This document shows positions 52,434-61,061 of a stretch of DNA of 64,000 bases, piece after piece. The stretch is from positions 144,146-208,145 of IMG/VR virus record IMGVR_UViG_3300020186_000013; one strand, 5' to 3'. The notes under the pieces were generated by a model. The model was not told the DNA's origin. It made no database searches and saw only the letters and a program-made list of their open reading frames with translations. The position numbers and the translations under genes are program-made. How positions within the stretch are numbered: the first letter of the stretch is position 1; the number at the start of each line of letters is the position of its first letter.

Positions 52434-54293
52434 TTACTTGCGGCCGAGCTGACTGCCGCCGAGCCCGCCCATCGCCGCACCACCCGCCCCCAACAAACCC
52501 GGCAGGTAGCCCACGAGCTTACGCAGGAAGCCGGCCCTGCCGCCACCACCACCGCCAAGGTTCAAGGCGGCACGCGGCCCGCCATGCACGCCAGACCCGC
52601 CTCCCATCTTACCGGCAGGGAACGGTTGATTCTTGGTCAACAAGCCTGCCCGCCGGGCCGTCGGGTTGGGCATCGGCTTGGGCGGTGCCATCATGGTCTT
52701 TCCGAGACCATAACCGGCACCGCCGGCAGCGATACTGCCAATCATCGCACCCGGTGCATTCATGTCGTCGCCCATCTTCTGGAACATGTGGCCCGCATCC
52801 TTCATCGGCCCCATCATGCTCGCCGAGCCCTTCGTGTCGCCGCAGTCCTCGTTGGCCCGCTTGTGGGCATAGTTCGTCGCGGCCTTGCACAGCTCGTGGG
52901 CCAGGATGCCCCGTGCCTCGCCGTGCAGGTGAGGGAAGGCGACCTTGATGGCCTTGGTCAGCTGGTTGCCCGACACGATCTCAGCCTGGAGGCGTCGAAC
53001 AGCCCCACGCTTCTCCAGTGGCATGAGACGCACCACCTCATTGAGGTAGCCGTCCATGCAGTCCCGTGCGACCTTGACCTGGTACTTGGCCACCTTAGTG
53101 AGGATGACCCGCTTGACGGCCCGCTGAAGTTGATTGTCCGAGGCTTGCTTCTTCTTCTTGCGACCCTTGACAGCCTTGTACGCACCGTACCCGAGTGCAC
53201 CGGCACCAAGGGCGGCAGCCAGGGGGCCGAGCAGCCCCATGCCGCGACCCGGAGCCGCCTTGGCGGCGGGCACACCCTCACCCGTTGGGGTGGACGTCAG
53301 GCCCTCGGCCGGCTTCGGCACAATACCGCTCTGGCTCTGGCCCGACAGCTTGGCAGTGATGTCGCCAAGCGATTTGGGCAGAAAGCCCGATGCTCCGCTC
53401 AACTCACGCGGAGGAGGGGCCAGTGCGGGCGAGTTGCCGAGGAACCCGTCCACGGGCTCGGGCTTCTGGGGGAGCATTCCGCTGAGCCGGGACAACGCCC
53501 CACGCTGCGGGCCGGCAAGACTCTCGGGCCGACTCGGAATCAGCCCGGTCAGTTCGTCACCGGCCGTCTTGCCCTCTCGCTTCTTGCGGGTCATGCGGTG
53601 GCCGAGGTACGCACCGCCGCCGATCAGACCCGTGGCGAGCAGGGCCTGCATGGCCGGAGACATCCCGCCCCCGCCGCCAGCGGCAGCAGCACCACCAGCG
53701 GCGGGATCACCGGCTGGGTTACCCGCATTGGGCGTGGCCGCATCGGCCGGGTCGGGCTTGGACACGGAGACGTCGGACGGCGGTCCGCCGAGATCCAGGC
53801 CGGCTCCAGGGGCAGGCGTGGCAGCTGGACCGCCCTTACCCTTGAAGGGGACACTCAAGATGCCCGCCCCAGCACCGCCGAGAATCCCTAACGAACCGAG
53901 CCCGACCCCGAGCTTGTTCCTGGCCAACCAGCTGGCCGGCACCGGAGGGGCAGCGAGCTTCACCAGCTCATTGAACGCCTGGGGGTCCGCGTAAGCATTC
54001 TTGCAGAACGCCGCCAAGGGCATCCGGCAGACGCCCGCCAGGTGCTGAATCTCGTCGCGATTGAGGCCGCTGTCGGCGGCGAGCTTGTTGACGTATGGTG
54101 CCTCGGCAGCCGCAGCGGCCAGGGCGGCGATCTTGCTCATCGAAACCTCCGTGTTTGAAGAAGCGGACTTCTCGTCGTTACCGACGCGATCGGGTAGGGC
54201 CTTGATGTTCGGGGTGTGGTCGGCCCACCGCTTGGCCGTTGCCGGCTTTTGCGAAAACATCCAGCGTTGCTGGGCCTTGGACTTGAAAGGCAC
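52434..54293 (-). CDS. 619-aa Gly/Ala/Pro-rich K-x-A-motif protein with an N-terminal PFKSKAQ module
   Basis: GGAGG SD before GTG 54293; EKSA, SKIA, NKLA, VKLA, GKTA, KKQA, CKAA, HKRA; five glycine-zipper helices. Confidence 0.75.
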   Translation of the reverse strand: MPFKSKAQQRWMFSQKPATAKRWADHTPNIKALPDRVGNDEKSASSNTEVSMSKIAALAAAAAEAPYVNKLAADSGLNRDEIQHLAGVCRMPLAAFCKNAYADPQAFNELVKLAAPPVPASWLARNKLGVGLGSLGILGGAGAGILSVPFKGKGGPAATPAPGAGLDLGGPPSDVSVSKPDPADAATPNAGNPAGDPAAGGAAAAGGGGGMSPAMQALLATGLIGGGAYLGHRMTRKKREGKTAGDELTGLIPSRPESLAGPQRGALSRLSGMLPQKPEPVDGFLGNSPALAPPPRELSGASGFLPKSLGDITAKLSGQSQSGIVPKPAEGLTSTPTGEGVPAAKAAPGRGMGLLGPLAAALGAGALGYGAYKAVKGRKKKKQASDNQLQRAVKRVILTKVAKYQVKVARDCMDGYLNEVVRLMPLEKRGAVRRLQAEIVSGNQLTKAIKVAFPHLHGEARGILAHELCKAATNYAHKRANEDCGDTKGSASMMGPMKDAGHMFQKMGDDMNAPGAMIGSIAAGGAGYGLGKTMMAPPKPMPNPTARRAGLLTKNQPFPAGKMGGGSGVHGGPRAALNLGGGGGGRAGFLRKLVGYLPGLLGAGGAAMGGLGGSQLGRK

Positions 54294-54348
54294 GGGCACC
54301 CCTCCATGGATGTCCTTATGTTCGCAACTTCCGGCACCAAACACAAGC

Positions 54349-54372
54349 CGGCGTGGGGACGGCCCCACGCCG
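54349..54372 (-). terminator. Probable terminator hairpin
   Basis: CGGCGTGGGG-ACGG-CCCCACGCCG perfect 10-bp stem; GCTTGTGTTT follows on the minus strand. Confidence 0.55.
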
Positions 54373-54395
54373 ATCTAGAAACTGGAATCTACGTC

Positions 54396-55193
54396 TCAGC
54401 CCGCCGGAGCATCGAACCCACCGACCAGCTCACCCGGCTTAGCTTCCGCCGCCTTCTTGGCCCGCCGCTCGTCGATGAGCTGTTGCACATTGGGCGGGAC
54501 CGGGGGCTTGATGCACGCATGGATCAGTCGCATGTACTTGCCCATGAACGCCTTCATGGGCTCACTGTGGGGATGGCCGTCCTCCCGCCTGCCGGGGATG
54601 ACCTGACGGACGATCCCCTTCATGAGTTCGACGAACGGCCCATCGCCGCCATGGTTGTCCCCGAACTTGGCGTACAGGCCGTCAAGGCCGTCAGTCAGCA
54701 CCATGTTGACGAGCTGCTTCACCTGGTTGGCGAGCAACGTGCACACAATGCCGTCCGTGAAACCCTGACCCTCAACGATCTCGACCGGCGTGTGGATCAT
54801 GACGGGCAGGATCGTGCCGTCGTCCCACTCCAGCATGTATAGGAGCTTGGTCGAGGCCAGTGTTCGCTTGGGCATGGCCCGCGTTGCGGTGACAATGGCG
54901 TTCCACACCGGAGCCAACGCCTGCACGGCACTCGGTGAATGGCTCAGAGCCTCGATGTAGGTGAATACCTCGGGATGCAGCTTCAGCCGGGTCTGCATCT
55001 CGTCGGTGTCGATTGAGACGACATGCCCTTGCAACCACCCCAGGAACGCCTCGGGGTTGATGACGTGCCGGTGGACGTCGGGAACTTCCTCGTCCTTGCA
55101 GTAAGCATCGAAAAAGTGCGTCAACGCCAGGGTCACCTGACGGTCCCGCTCAGGACTCGGCTGACTGAAGTCCATTTCGTCGCTACTCGGCAC
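54396..55193 (-). CDS. Hypothetical protein (265 aa)
   Basis: Coding-like ORF. Confidence 0.7.
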   Translation of the reverse strand: MPSSDEMDFSQPSPERDRQVTLALTHFFDAYCKDEEVPDVHRHVINPEAFLGWLQGHVVSIDTDEMQTRLKLHPEVFTYIEALSHSPSAVQALAPVWNAIVTATRAMPKRTLASTKLLYMLEWDDGTILPVMIHTPVEIVEGQGFTDGIVCTLLANQVKQLVNMVLTDGLDGLYAKFGDNHGGDGPFVELMKGIVRQVIPGRREDGHPHSEPMKAFMGKYMRLIHACIKPPVPPNVQQLIDERRAKKAAEAKPGELVGGFDAPAG

Positions 55194-55539
55194 GGTCGCA
55201 CTCCCTCTGGGAAGGCCAATCCGGGTTGCCGGCCTTCTCGTACTTCAGCTCGTTGGGGGTTAAGACACGCATGCCCAACATGCGGGCCAGTTTGTGCAGG
55301 TCCTCGGTCTCGTAGACGGCGTACTGCTGCTTGTGGGCGAACATGCCCTCGCGGCCGAACCGGTCATCCACGAAGAGCTTGCCGTGGTCGTCGCTCTCGG
55401 GCAGGCAGTCCGCTTCGAGCCAGTCCACGCCGCACGGACCGCCGTGCACGAACAGACCGGACGAGTAGCACGGCTTCCACTGGGAGTAGACCGTGCCCTC
55501 GGGCATGCTCATCAGTTCGTCGCGGGAGACGATTCGCAT
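55183..55539 (-). CDS. Hypothetical phage protein (MRIVSRDELMSMPEGTVY)
   Basis: TGATG coupling; coding-like. Confidence 0.7.
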   Translation of the reverse strand: MRIVSRDELMSMPEGTVYSQWKPCYSSGLFVHGGPCGVDWLEADCLPESDDHGKLFVDDRFGREGMFAHKQQYAVYETEDLHKLARMLGMRVLTPNELKYEKAGNPDWPSQRECDRAE

Positions 55540-55925
55540 CAGATGATCCGGAGTTCTTCGGACTTCTTGACGCCGTCCATGCCGGGCTGGGATTCGCCGG
55601 TGGTCACGTGCACCGCCCCGGAGTCCTGCATGGTGCCCGCCACCTTGCTGCTCGGGCTGATCGTGCACCGCACGTGGTTAGACAGCTGGAACCCGTGGTT
55701 GCTGTCCACGGGAAAGAACTGCACGGGGCGGTTCTTATCGAGGTACGCCACAGCGAACTTAATGAAGTCGTTCGCGGACGGCGGCTTGGCGTTCTTGTCC
55801 GGCTTGATGCCGTGCTTCATGCGGGCCTCGTCCACGTACGCCTGGAACTCCTTAGTAAGGAGGGCGATGAGGTGGGGTAGGTCCTCGGTGGCCGGGTTTG
55901 TGTGGTAGATCGAGTCGCCAAACAT
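55539..55925 (-). CDS. Hypothetical protein (128 aa)
   Basis: Coding-like from ATG 55925. Confidence 0.65.
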   Translation of the reverse strand: MFGDSIYHTNPATEDLPHLIALLTKEFQAYVDEARMKHGIKPDKNAKPPSANDFIKFAVAYLDKNRPVQFFPVDSNHGFQLSNHVRCTISPSSKVAGTMQDSGAVHVTTGESQPGMDGVKKSEELRII

Positions 55926-55965
55926 CCTGTTCGCCCTGGTTCGTGGTTGGTAGTGTCTGCGGCCT

Positions 55966-56280
55966 TCAGCCCTTCTTCGGCTTCTTCGGGTGCATCGCCG
56001 GATACGCGAGCGGAACCACCTCGACCTCATCCATCAGTGCCGCGATGGACTTCTCCATGGACGAGAGGGGCGGCGGGTTGTCCTTGATCCGCTTCGACCG
56101 CTGGGCCAGCTTCGCCTGAAGGATGGCGATGTGGCCCTCCATCTCGGACTTCAGGAACGCGACGATCTGTTCGTCGGTCCAGTCGTTGCGGGCGACGTTA
56201 GGGGAGTGCAAGTTACTGCACTCTCCGTCCGCCCAGCTGATGTGCACCATCAGCGAGATCTGACAGAGGTCGGGTTCCAT
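55966..56280 (-). CDS. Hypothetical protein (104 aa)
   Basis: TAATG coupling to the tubulin gene. Confidence 0.65.
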   Translation of the reverse strand: MEPDLCQISLMVHISWADGECSNLHSPNVARNDWTDEQIVAFLKSEMEGHIAILQAKLAQRSKRIKDNPPPLSSMEKSIAALMDEVEVVPLAYPAMHPKKPKKG

Positions 56281-57620
56281 TAGTCCTGTACACCCAAGAA
56301 AGAGGCCACGCCTTTGGGGCTCGACGCGGTGTCGAGCATGCCCTTCTTCCCGAGTTCGGCCAGCCGGTCGAGTGGCGGGTCAAGCTCGGAAATCATCGTG
56401 TAGCACTGTAGCCCAGGCTCGGCACCCAAGTAAAGGCCACGGTGGATGACGGTGGGCACCTTCTTGCTGTACGCCGACCCGATCAAGCGGTCGAGCTGCG
56501 TGAACCCGGCGTCGAAGTAGTCGAGGCTGAGACTGTCAAGCACGTCCTGGCTGCCCACAAACAGGCACGCCGCCTTCTTGCCCCGCTTGAGATCGACCGT
56601 GGCCAGGACGTTGTTGGTCAAGTCCTCGCGGATGCGAGTCGAGATGTCCGCCGGGGTGTTGATCGACTCCACAGGTATGTCGGCCGCACCGAGTACCACC
56701 ACGCCGCCGTCGAGGAGCTGGGCGAACTCCGCACGGTCGAACGTGATGAACTCGCTGTGCACGGCGGCGAGCTGGTTGAACAAGTGGAACAGCTGACTCA
56801 CGGTCTCGTTGGCCGTGGCGTGCAGGCGGGTCATGCCCGGCTTGTACAGCTCATGGATGCGGGCGTTGTCGATGATCAGCATCGGGCTGACCTTCATGTC
56901 CAGGAGGGTCTTGAACGTCTGCACAGCATTCTTCGACACCTGCTGCCCCTCGGTCGTCGGCGGCAACGACACGATACAACCAACCCTCGGGGGCTTGCCC
57001 TTGCTCTCCATGTACTTGCGGGCCAGGTCGACCAGAATCGGCGTCGTGCCGCTGCCAGTCCCACCACCCAGCCCAACACAGATCAGAGCGTAGTCCGGCG
57101 AATTGCCCCACGACCGTGTCATGAGGTCCCACACTTCCTCCTCACGCCCGCGAAGGCTGTTGGCAGCGAAGATGGGGTCCTTGGCGGCACCACCCACGGC
57201 CAGGTTGAGCTTGGGGATGGGCTCGGCGATACCCGCGAAGTCCATATCGGTCGTGTTCATCACCGCCACGCGGCGGTAGCCAAGCTGGTAGAAGGCGTTG
57301 GCGATGCGACTGCCGCCTTGGCCGGTGCCCAGGAACGCCATGTTGAAGGCCACGTCGTAACCGAACTCATCGTTGACCACGACCTGCTTGACGGCCTGCT
57401 GGCGGGACGAGGGGCTCAGCGACTTGGCCACGTTGGTCGGCGTCGGGCTGCCCGCACGCGGCGGAATCATGACCTTGGGGGCGATGGCACCCGTCGCCGG
57501 GGCCATAACCTTCGGGGCGACGCTCCGGGTCACCACCGGCTTGTTGCCCACGGCCTTGCCCGCAGCGGCTGCCTGCTCGGCGACCTTCTGCATTTCCTCT
57601 TCCGTCGGTTTCTCAGCCAC
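56280..57620 (-). CDS. Tubulin/FtsZ-superfamily GTPase (PhuZ/TubZ/CetZ-like) with low-complexity N-terminal extension; alternative start 57695
   Basis: FLGTGQGGSRIANAF, VMNTTDMD, GGAAKD, signature GLGGGTGSG, IIDN, T7-like loop TFDRAEF; AGGAGG SD before GTG 57620. Confidence 0.9.
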   Translation of the reverse strand: MAEKPTEEEMQKVAEQAAAAGKAVGNKPVVTRSVAPKVMAPATGAIAPKVMIPPRAGSPTPTNVAKSLSPSSRQQAVKQVVVNDEFGYDVAFNMAFLGTGQGGSRIANAFYQLGYRRVAVMNTTDMDFAGIAEPIPKLNLAVGGAAKDPIFAANSLRGREEEVWDLMTRSWGNSPDYALICVGLGGGTGSGTTPILVDLARKYMESKGKPPRVGCIVSLPPTTEGQQVSKNAVQTFKTLLDMKVSPMLIIDNARIHELYKPGMTRLHATANETVSQLFHLFNQLAAVHSEFITFDRAEFAQLLDGGVVVLGAADIPVESINTPADISTRIREDLTNNVLATVDLKRGKKAACLFVGSQDVLDSLSLDYFDAGFTQLDRLIGSAYSKKVPTVIHRGLYLGAEPGLQCYTMISELDPPLDRLAELGKKGMLDTASSPKGVASFLGVQD

Positions 57621-57727
57621 CACATCCTCCTTGTTGGCGGGCGATGGAGGACCTTTTGGGAAATCCCGCCAGCCCATCTCGCCGTTCCGCATCATGGTGA
57701 TTCGTTCCTCTCCGAAGAGGCAGTAGA

Positions 57728-58792
57728 CTACCCACCCACGCCCCAAATGGTCAACCACAGGTCGGCGAATGCTTTGCGGTTGACAGATAAAGGCCAGTCG
57801 CCCGACTGGAGGCGAAACAACTTGGTCTTGTCCGTCAGGGCGGCGATCGCGGTGGTGAGGAACTGCACGCTGCTGGGTGCGGCCACGGGTGCCTGCATCC
57901 AATTGGCCCCTAACTCGCACGGCACCAAGACGCCGTTGTAGTTGTTGGTGATGAGTTCTGAGAACGGAGCCACGTCGTACGTGATCACGGGCAGACCGCA
58001 GGCGTGTGCCCGCGTCGCGACGAGGCCGAAGTCTGCCCTCACGGACGGGATCAGGCACCAATCGTGCGTCTGCATCACATGCGTCTGCTCAACCATGGAT
58101 GTCGGATAAAGCACCATCAGCCGCCCCTGCCACACAGCCACCAAGCCCTGAATCCGTCCCCGATCTCGCTTCGACCAAGTCTTGGTGCACATAAGCGTCA
58201 CGCGGCTGTGCTCGACCTGTTCGAGGAGCTGATTGACAATCCGCAGTGTCATCAGCCCGCACTCGTCGATACAGTGCGTGTCGCACGCCACCAAGAGCTT
58301 AACCCCGCCGCTGCCACTCAGACCCTCGTGCGGTGTCAACGTAAGACCGGAGTCCCACCGGCCCCACGTCAGTACCTTGTCGTCGGGCACCTTATCCTTG
58401 AAGATGTGTGTCCGCACCAGGTGGTGACACAGCTTGGTCGGGCACACGATAGTGTCGAAGCCACCGGCTACGAACCCCTTGGCGTCAAGTGTCAAATGGT
58501 GCCAGGACGGGACTAAGATGTGCTTGGCCTTGTCCGACACGAGTGTTGCCATGTCGTGGTACTCTTCGTCGCACACGAACCACACACAACGGGAAGCGGT
58601 ACGAACGGCCAAGTACAGGCCGTTGTCCCGGCCGCTGACAACGTGCTTGTCCCAGTACGGGTGAATGCCTTGCTCGTGCACGCCCAAGGCAACGAGCTTA
58701 ACGTCAATGCCGGCGGCGACACCGAGGTCGGCCAGGCGGATCGCCGCCATAGTGACCTCGTTACGACCGTAGGGGGTCAGGATGGTGATCAT
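57728..58792 (-). CDS. GT4-like (GT-B) glycosyltransferase with divergent catalytic motif
   Basis: LIPSVRADFGLVATRAHACGLPVITYDVAPFSELI....NGVLV. Confidence 0.75.
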   Translation of the reverse strand: MITILTPYGRNEVTMAAIRLADLGVAAGIDVKLVALGVHEQGIHPYWDKHVVSGRDNGLYLAVRTASRCVWFVCDEEYHDMATLVSDKAKHILVPSWHHLTLDAKGFVAGGFDTIVCPTKLCHHLVRTHIFKDKVPDDKVLTWGRWDSGLTLTPHEGLSGSGGVKLLVACDTHCIDECGLMTLRIVNQLLEQVEHSRVTLMCTKTWSKRDRGRIQGLVAVWQGRLMVLYPTSMVEQTHVMQTHDWCLIPSVRADFGLVATRAHACGLPVITYDVAPFSELITNNYNGVLVPCELGANWMQAPVAAPSSVQFLTTAIAALTDKTKLFRLQSGDWPLSVNRKAFADLWLTIWGVGG

Positions 58793-59466
58793 CGGCCGTC
58801 TCCGTGATTAGTGTGCTTGTGAAACACGAAGTACGGCGAGTTGTCCCGGCAACCCAATAGCTCGCCCCACGGCGTGCCGAACTTCCACGAGGTGTAGGGA
58901 AAGCTGATCTGATCCCGCAGGCTGTGCTTCTGGATCTGATCCCACCAGAACGTGCTGAACTCGACCACGTCGGGATAGTTGTGTCGGACGAGGCAGGCGG
59001 TCTCGGCCAGGCCGTAGGACGGCGGGAACCCGTTGAACTTGTACTCACTGACTTGCTTCTGCATCACCTCGACCGAGTCCTTGCGGAACTTGGTGCACGC
59101 CACGAACTCGGAGTACGCACAGTTGCGATGTGGGTGCTTGAACGTGGCGATCTCACGCGGCCCGGTGATTGAGTCGAGGATAGTCGAGATGGGCGTGCGT
59201 GACTGGAGGCAGGCGTCGATCCAAACCCAGCAGTCGTAGTCCGGGAGCAGCTCGTGCACCATCACCTTATGGTAGCGGGCGGTGCGTCGCGAGCTGCCGG
59301 GGTGCCGCCAAGCTAAGGGGCGGGCTTGCCACGGGGCAGGGAACCCGTGGTCGTGGTCCGTGAACACGAAGTGGTCGACCCCGACCTCTTCACGCCACTC
59401 GTACAGCGGGGACCTGAGCCGATCTGTGATCGAGCCAAACAGTCCCGTGTATACCGCTACACGCAT
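58789..59466 (-). CDS. DUF616 (TOD1/MUCI70-like) glycosyltransferase-domain protein
   Basis: VYTGLFGS.TD, FVFTD, ARYHK, WVWIDA, FKHPHRNCAYSE, ETACLVR, RDQISFPY. Confidence 0.85.
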   Translation of the reverse strand: MRVAVYTGLFGSITDRLRSPLYEWREEVGVDHFVFTDHDHGFPAPWQARPLAWRHPGSSRRTARYHKVMVHELLPDYDCWVWIDACLQSRTPISTILDSITGPREIATFKHPHRNCAYSEFVACTKFRKDSVEVMQKQVSEYKFNGFPPSYGLAETACLVRHNYPDVVEFSTFWWDQIQKHSLRDQISFPYTSWKFGTPWGELLGCRDNSPYFVFHKHTNHGDGR

Positions 59467-59496
59467 GGCAGACCTTCTTCCTTGAAGGGGTGTGAA

Positions 59497-60249
59497 TTAG
59501 GGACGTGGCAGCGAGTTGTCCTCTTTCTCGTTGGCGGGGGTAACAAACGACTTCACCATACACAGCACTGTCGGGTTCACGGCACGCAAGCGGCGATACG
59601 CCCCCGCACGCCCGGCCTCGGACATTGTCACCACCTCGGCCGCGATTTCCTTAGCGATCGCCAGGAGGTGCCGGACACCTACTTCCTCCCGGCCGTGGGC
59701 AATCTTGCTCAACCGGTCCAGCAAGTCCTTTCGTACCAGGTTCCAACCTGTCTCCAGGTCGCTAACCTTATCGTCCTTGGCAGGCATACCCAAGTCCAGC
59801 ATCACGGCAACGCCGTCGATCACCATCATGCCCTCGCCGACACACACGGTCTGCGACACCGTGTCGCCCTCAGCAGCGGTGAGCGTCTGGAACCGGGCCT
59901 TGATCGGGGCCTGCTTCGTTTGCTCCCGGATGGCGTCTTCGAGGACCTTTTCATTCCGCTCCCTGTGCCCCATCTTGCGTGGCGGCTCTTCCTTCTTTGT
60001 CGGAGGCTCGGGCAACTTGGCGGGCCGTTCGGGGGCCACGGCGGGCGTCCAGTGCGTCCACCGCATCGTGTCCGGGGCACACATGTCGCCGAACGTGTAG
60101 TTGTACTTGGTCGCGAGCAAGTTGCCGGTCGATGGGTAGTCATGCACGATCGAACGCACGCGGACGAGGTCAATCTCCCCGTGCCGGGAGATCGCCCAGT
60201 AGTACCCCGGATACTTCGGCTCGTCGGTGGACCAGACAGTCGCAGACAT
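59497..60249 (-). CDS. Hypothetical protein (250 aa)
   Basis: TGATG coupling; coding-like. Confidence 0.7.
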   Translation of the reverse strand: MSATVWSTDEPKYPGYYWAISRHGEIDLVRVRSIVHDYPSTGNLLATKYNYTFGDMCAPDTMRWTHWTPAVAPERPAKLPEPPTKKEEPPRKMGHRERNEKVLEDAIREQTKQAPIKARFQTLTAAEGDTVSQTVCVGEGMMVIDGVAVMLDLGMPAKDDKVSDLETGWNLVRKDLLDRLSKIAHGREEVGVRHLLAIAKEIAAEVVTMSEAGRAGAYRRLRAVNPTVLCMVKSFVTPANEKEDNSLPRP

Positions 60250-61061
60250 CACGTCACCTTTCGGAACCACTTGCCCCGCTTGTACCGCTCTCCTCGGGTA
60301 GCAGCACGGTAGTGAAATACAAACGAGCCGGGCACCACGGCGGTCTTGAGACCCGCCTTGTGCCACCGTCCTTGCAGCTCGTCCTCGTTGAGAGTCATCA
60401 GCGGGGTCGGGTTGGGTCGACCCTTACTGTTCCACGGGTTGGAGGGCTTGAACACGTGCTCCTTGTCGAACGCATTCTGCCACCACACGACCGTCTTGGC
60501 CATCATGCAGAAGCCGTTGACCGACGAGAGCACCACGTTGTTAAAGTGCCTCTTGTAGAGAATCTCCGCGATGCCGTCCAGGTACTCGGGACTGTCGTTG
60601 AGGTGGTAGCCCAGCAGGTACTTGTCGACCTCCTGACGTCCCTCGGCCGTGATACCGGGGGCGTTCGACACGGGGCCGACCAGAGCGTAGCCCTTGTCGA
60701 GCCAGTGGACCAGGGACGTCGTCCACCCCCTAGTGAACAGCACGTCACTGTTCGTGCAGCAGGCGAACTCGAAGTTGAGTAGGCGAGCCGCCCGCAGACC
60801 CTCGTTCCAGGACCGGGTTAGCCCGCCATTGTCGGGAAAGCCGAGGTACATGAAGCGGGTCTGGTACTCCTTGGCGACCTCGGCCAGAAGCGGGTGCGGT
60901 CCGTTCTCGTTGTACTTGTAGCGGTCGAGCATCTCGGGGCTGGCGTCGTCAACGACCATTACGGCGGCGTCGGGCGTCGTCCGGAAGAGGGACTCGCACG
61001 CCGCCGCCGCATAGTCGAACTGCCCGTAGGTCGGGATGATGACCAGGAATCTGGGTTGCAT
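60249..61061 (-). CDS. Glycosyltransferase GT2
   Basis: VIIPTY...VMVVDDAS...NGGLTRSWNEGL...CCTNSDVLFT..W...GPVSN...VNGFCMM...FVFHY. Confidence 0.9.
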   Translation of the reverse strand: MQPRFLVIIPTYGQFDYAAAACESLFRTTPDAAVMVVDDASPEMLDRYKYNENGPHPLLAEVAKEYQTRFMYLGFPDNGGLTRSWNEGLRAARLLNFEFACCTNSDVLFTRGWTTSLVHWLDKGYALVGPVSNAPGITAEGRQEVDKYLLGYHLNDSPEYLDGIAEILYKRHFNNVVLSSVNGFCMMAKTVVWWQNAFDKEHVFKPSNPWNSKGRPNPTPLMTLNEDELQGRWHKAGLKTAVVPGSFVFHYRAATRGERYKRGKWFRKVT

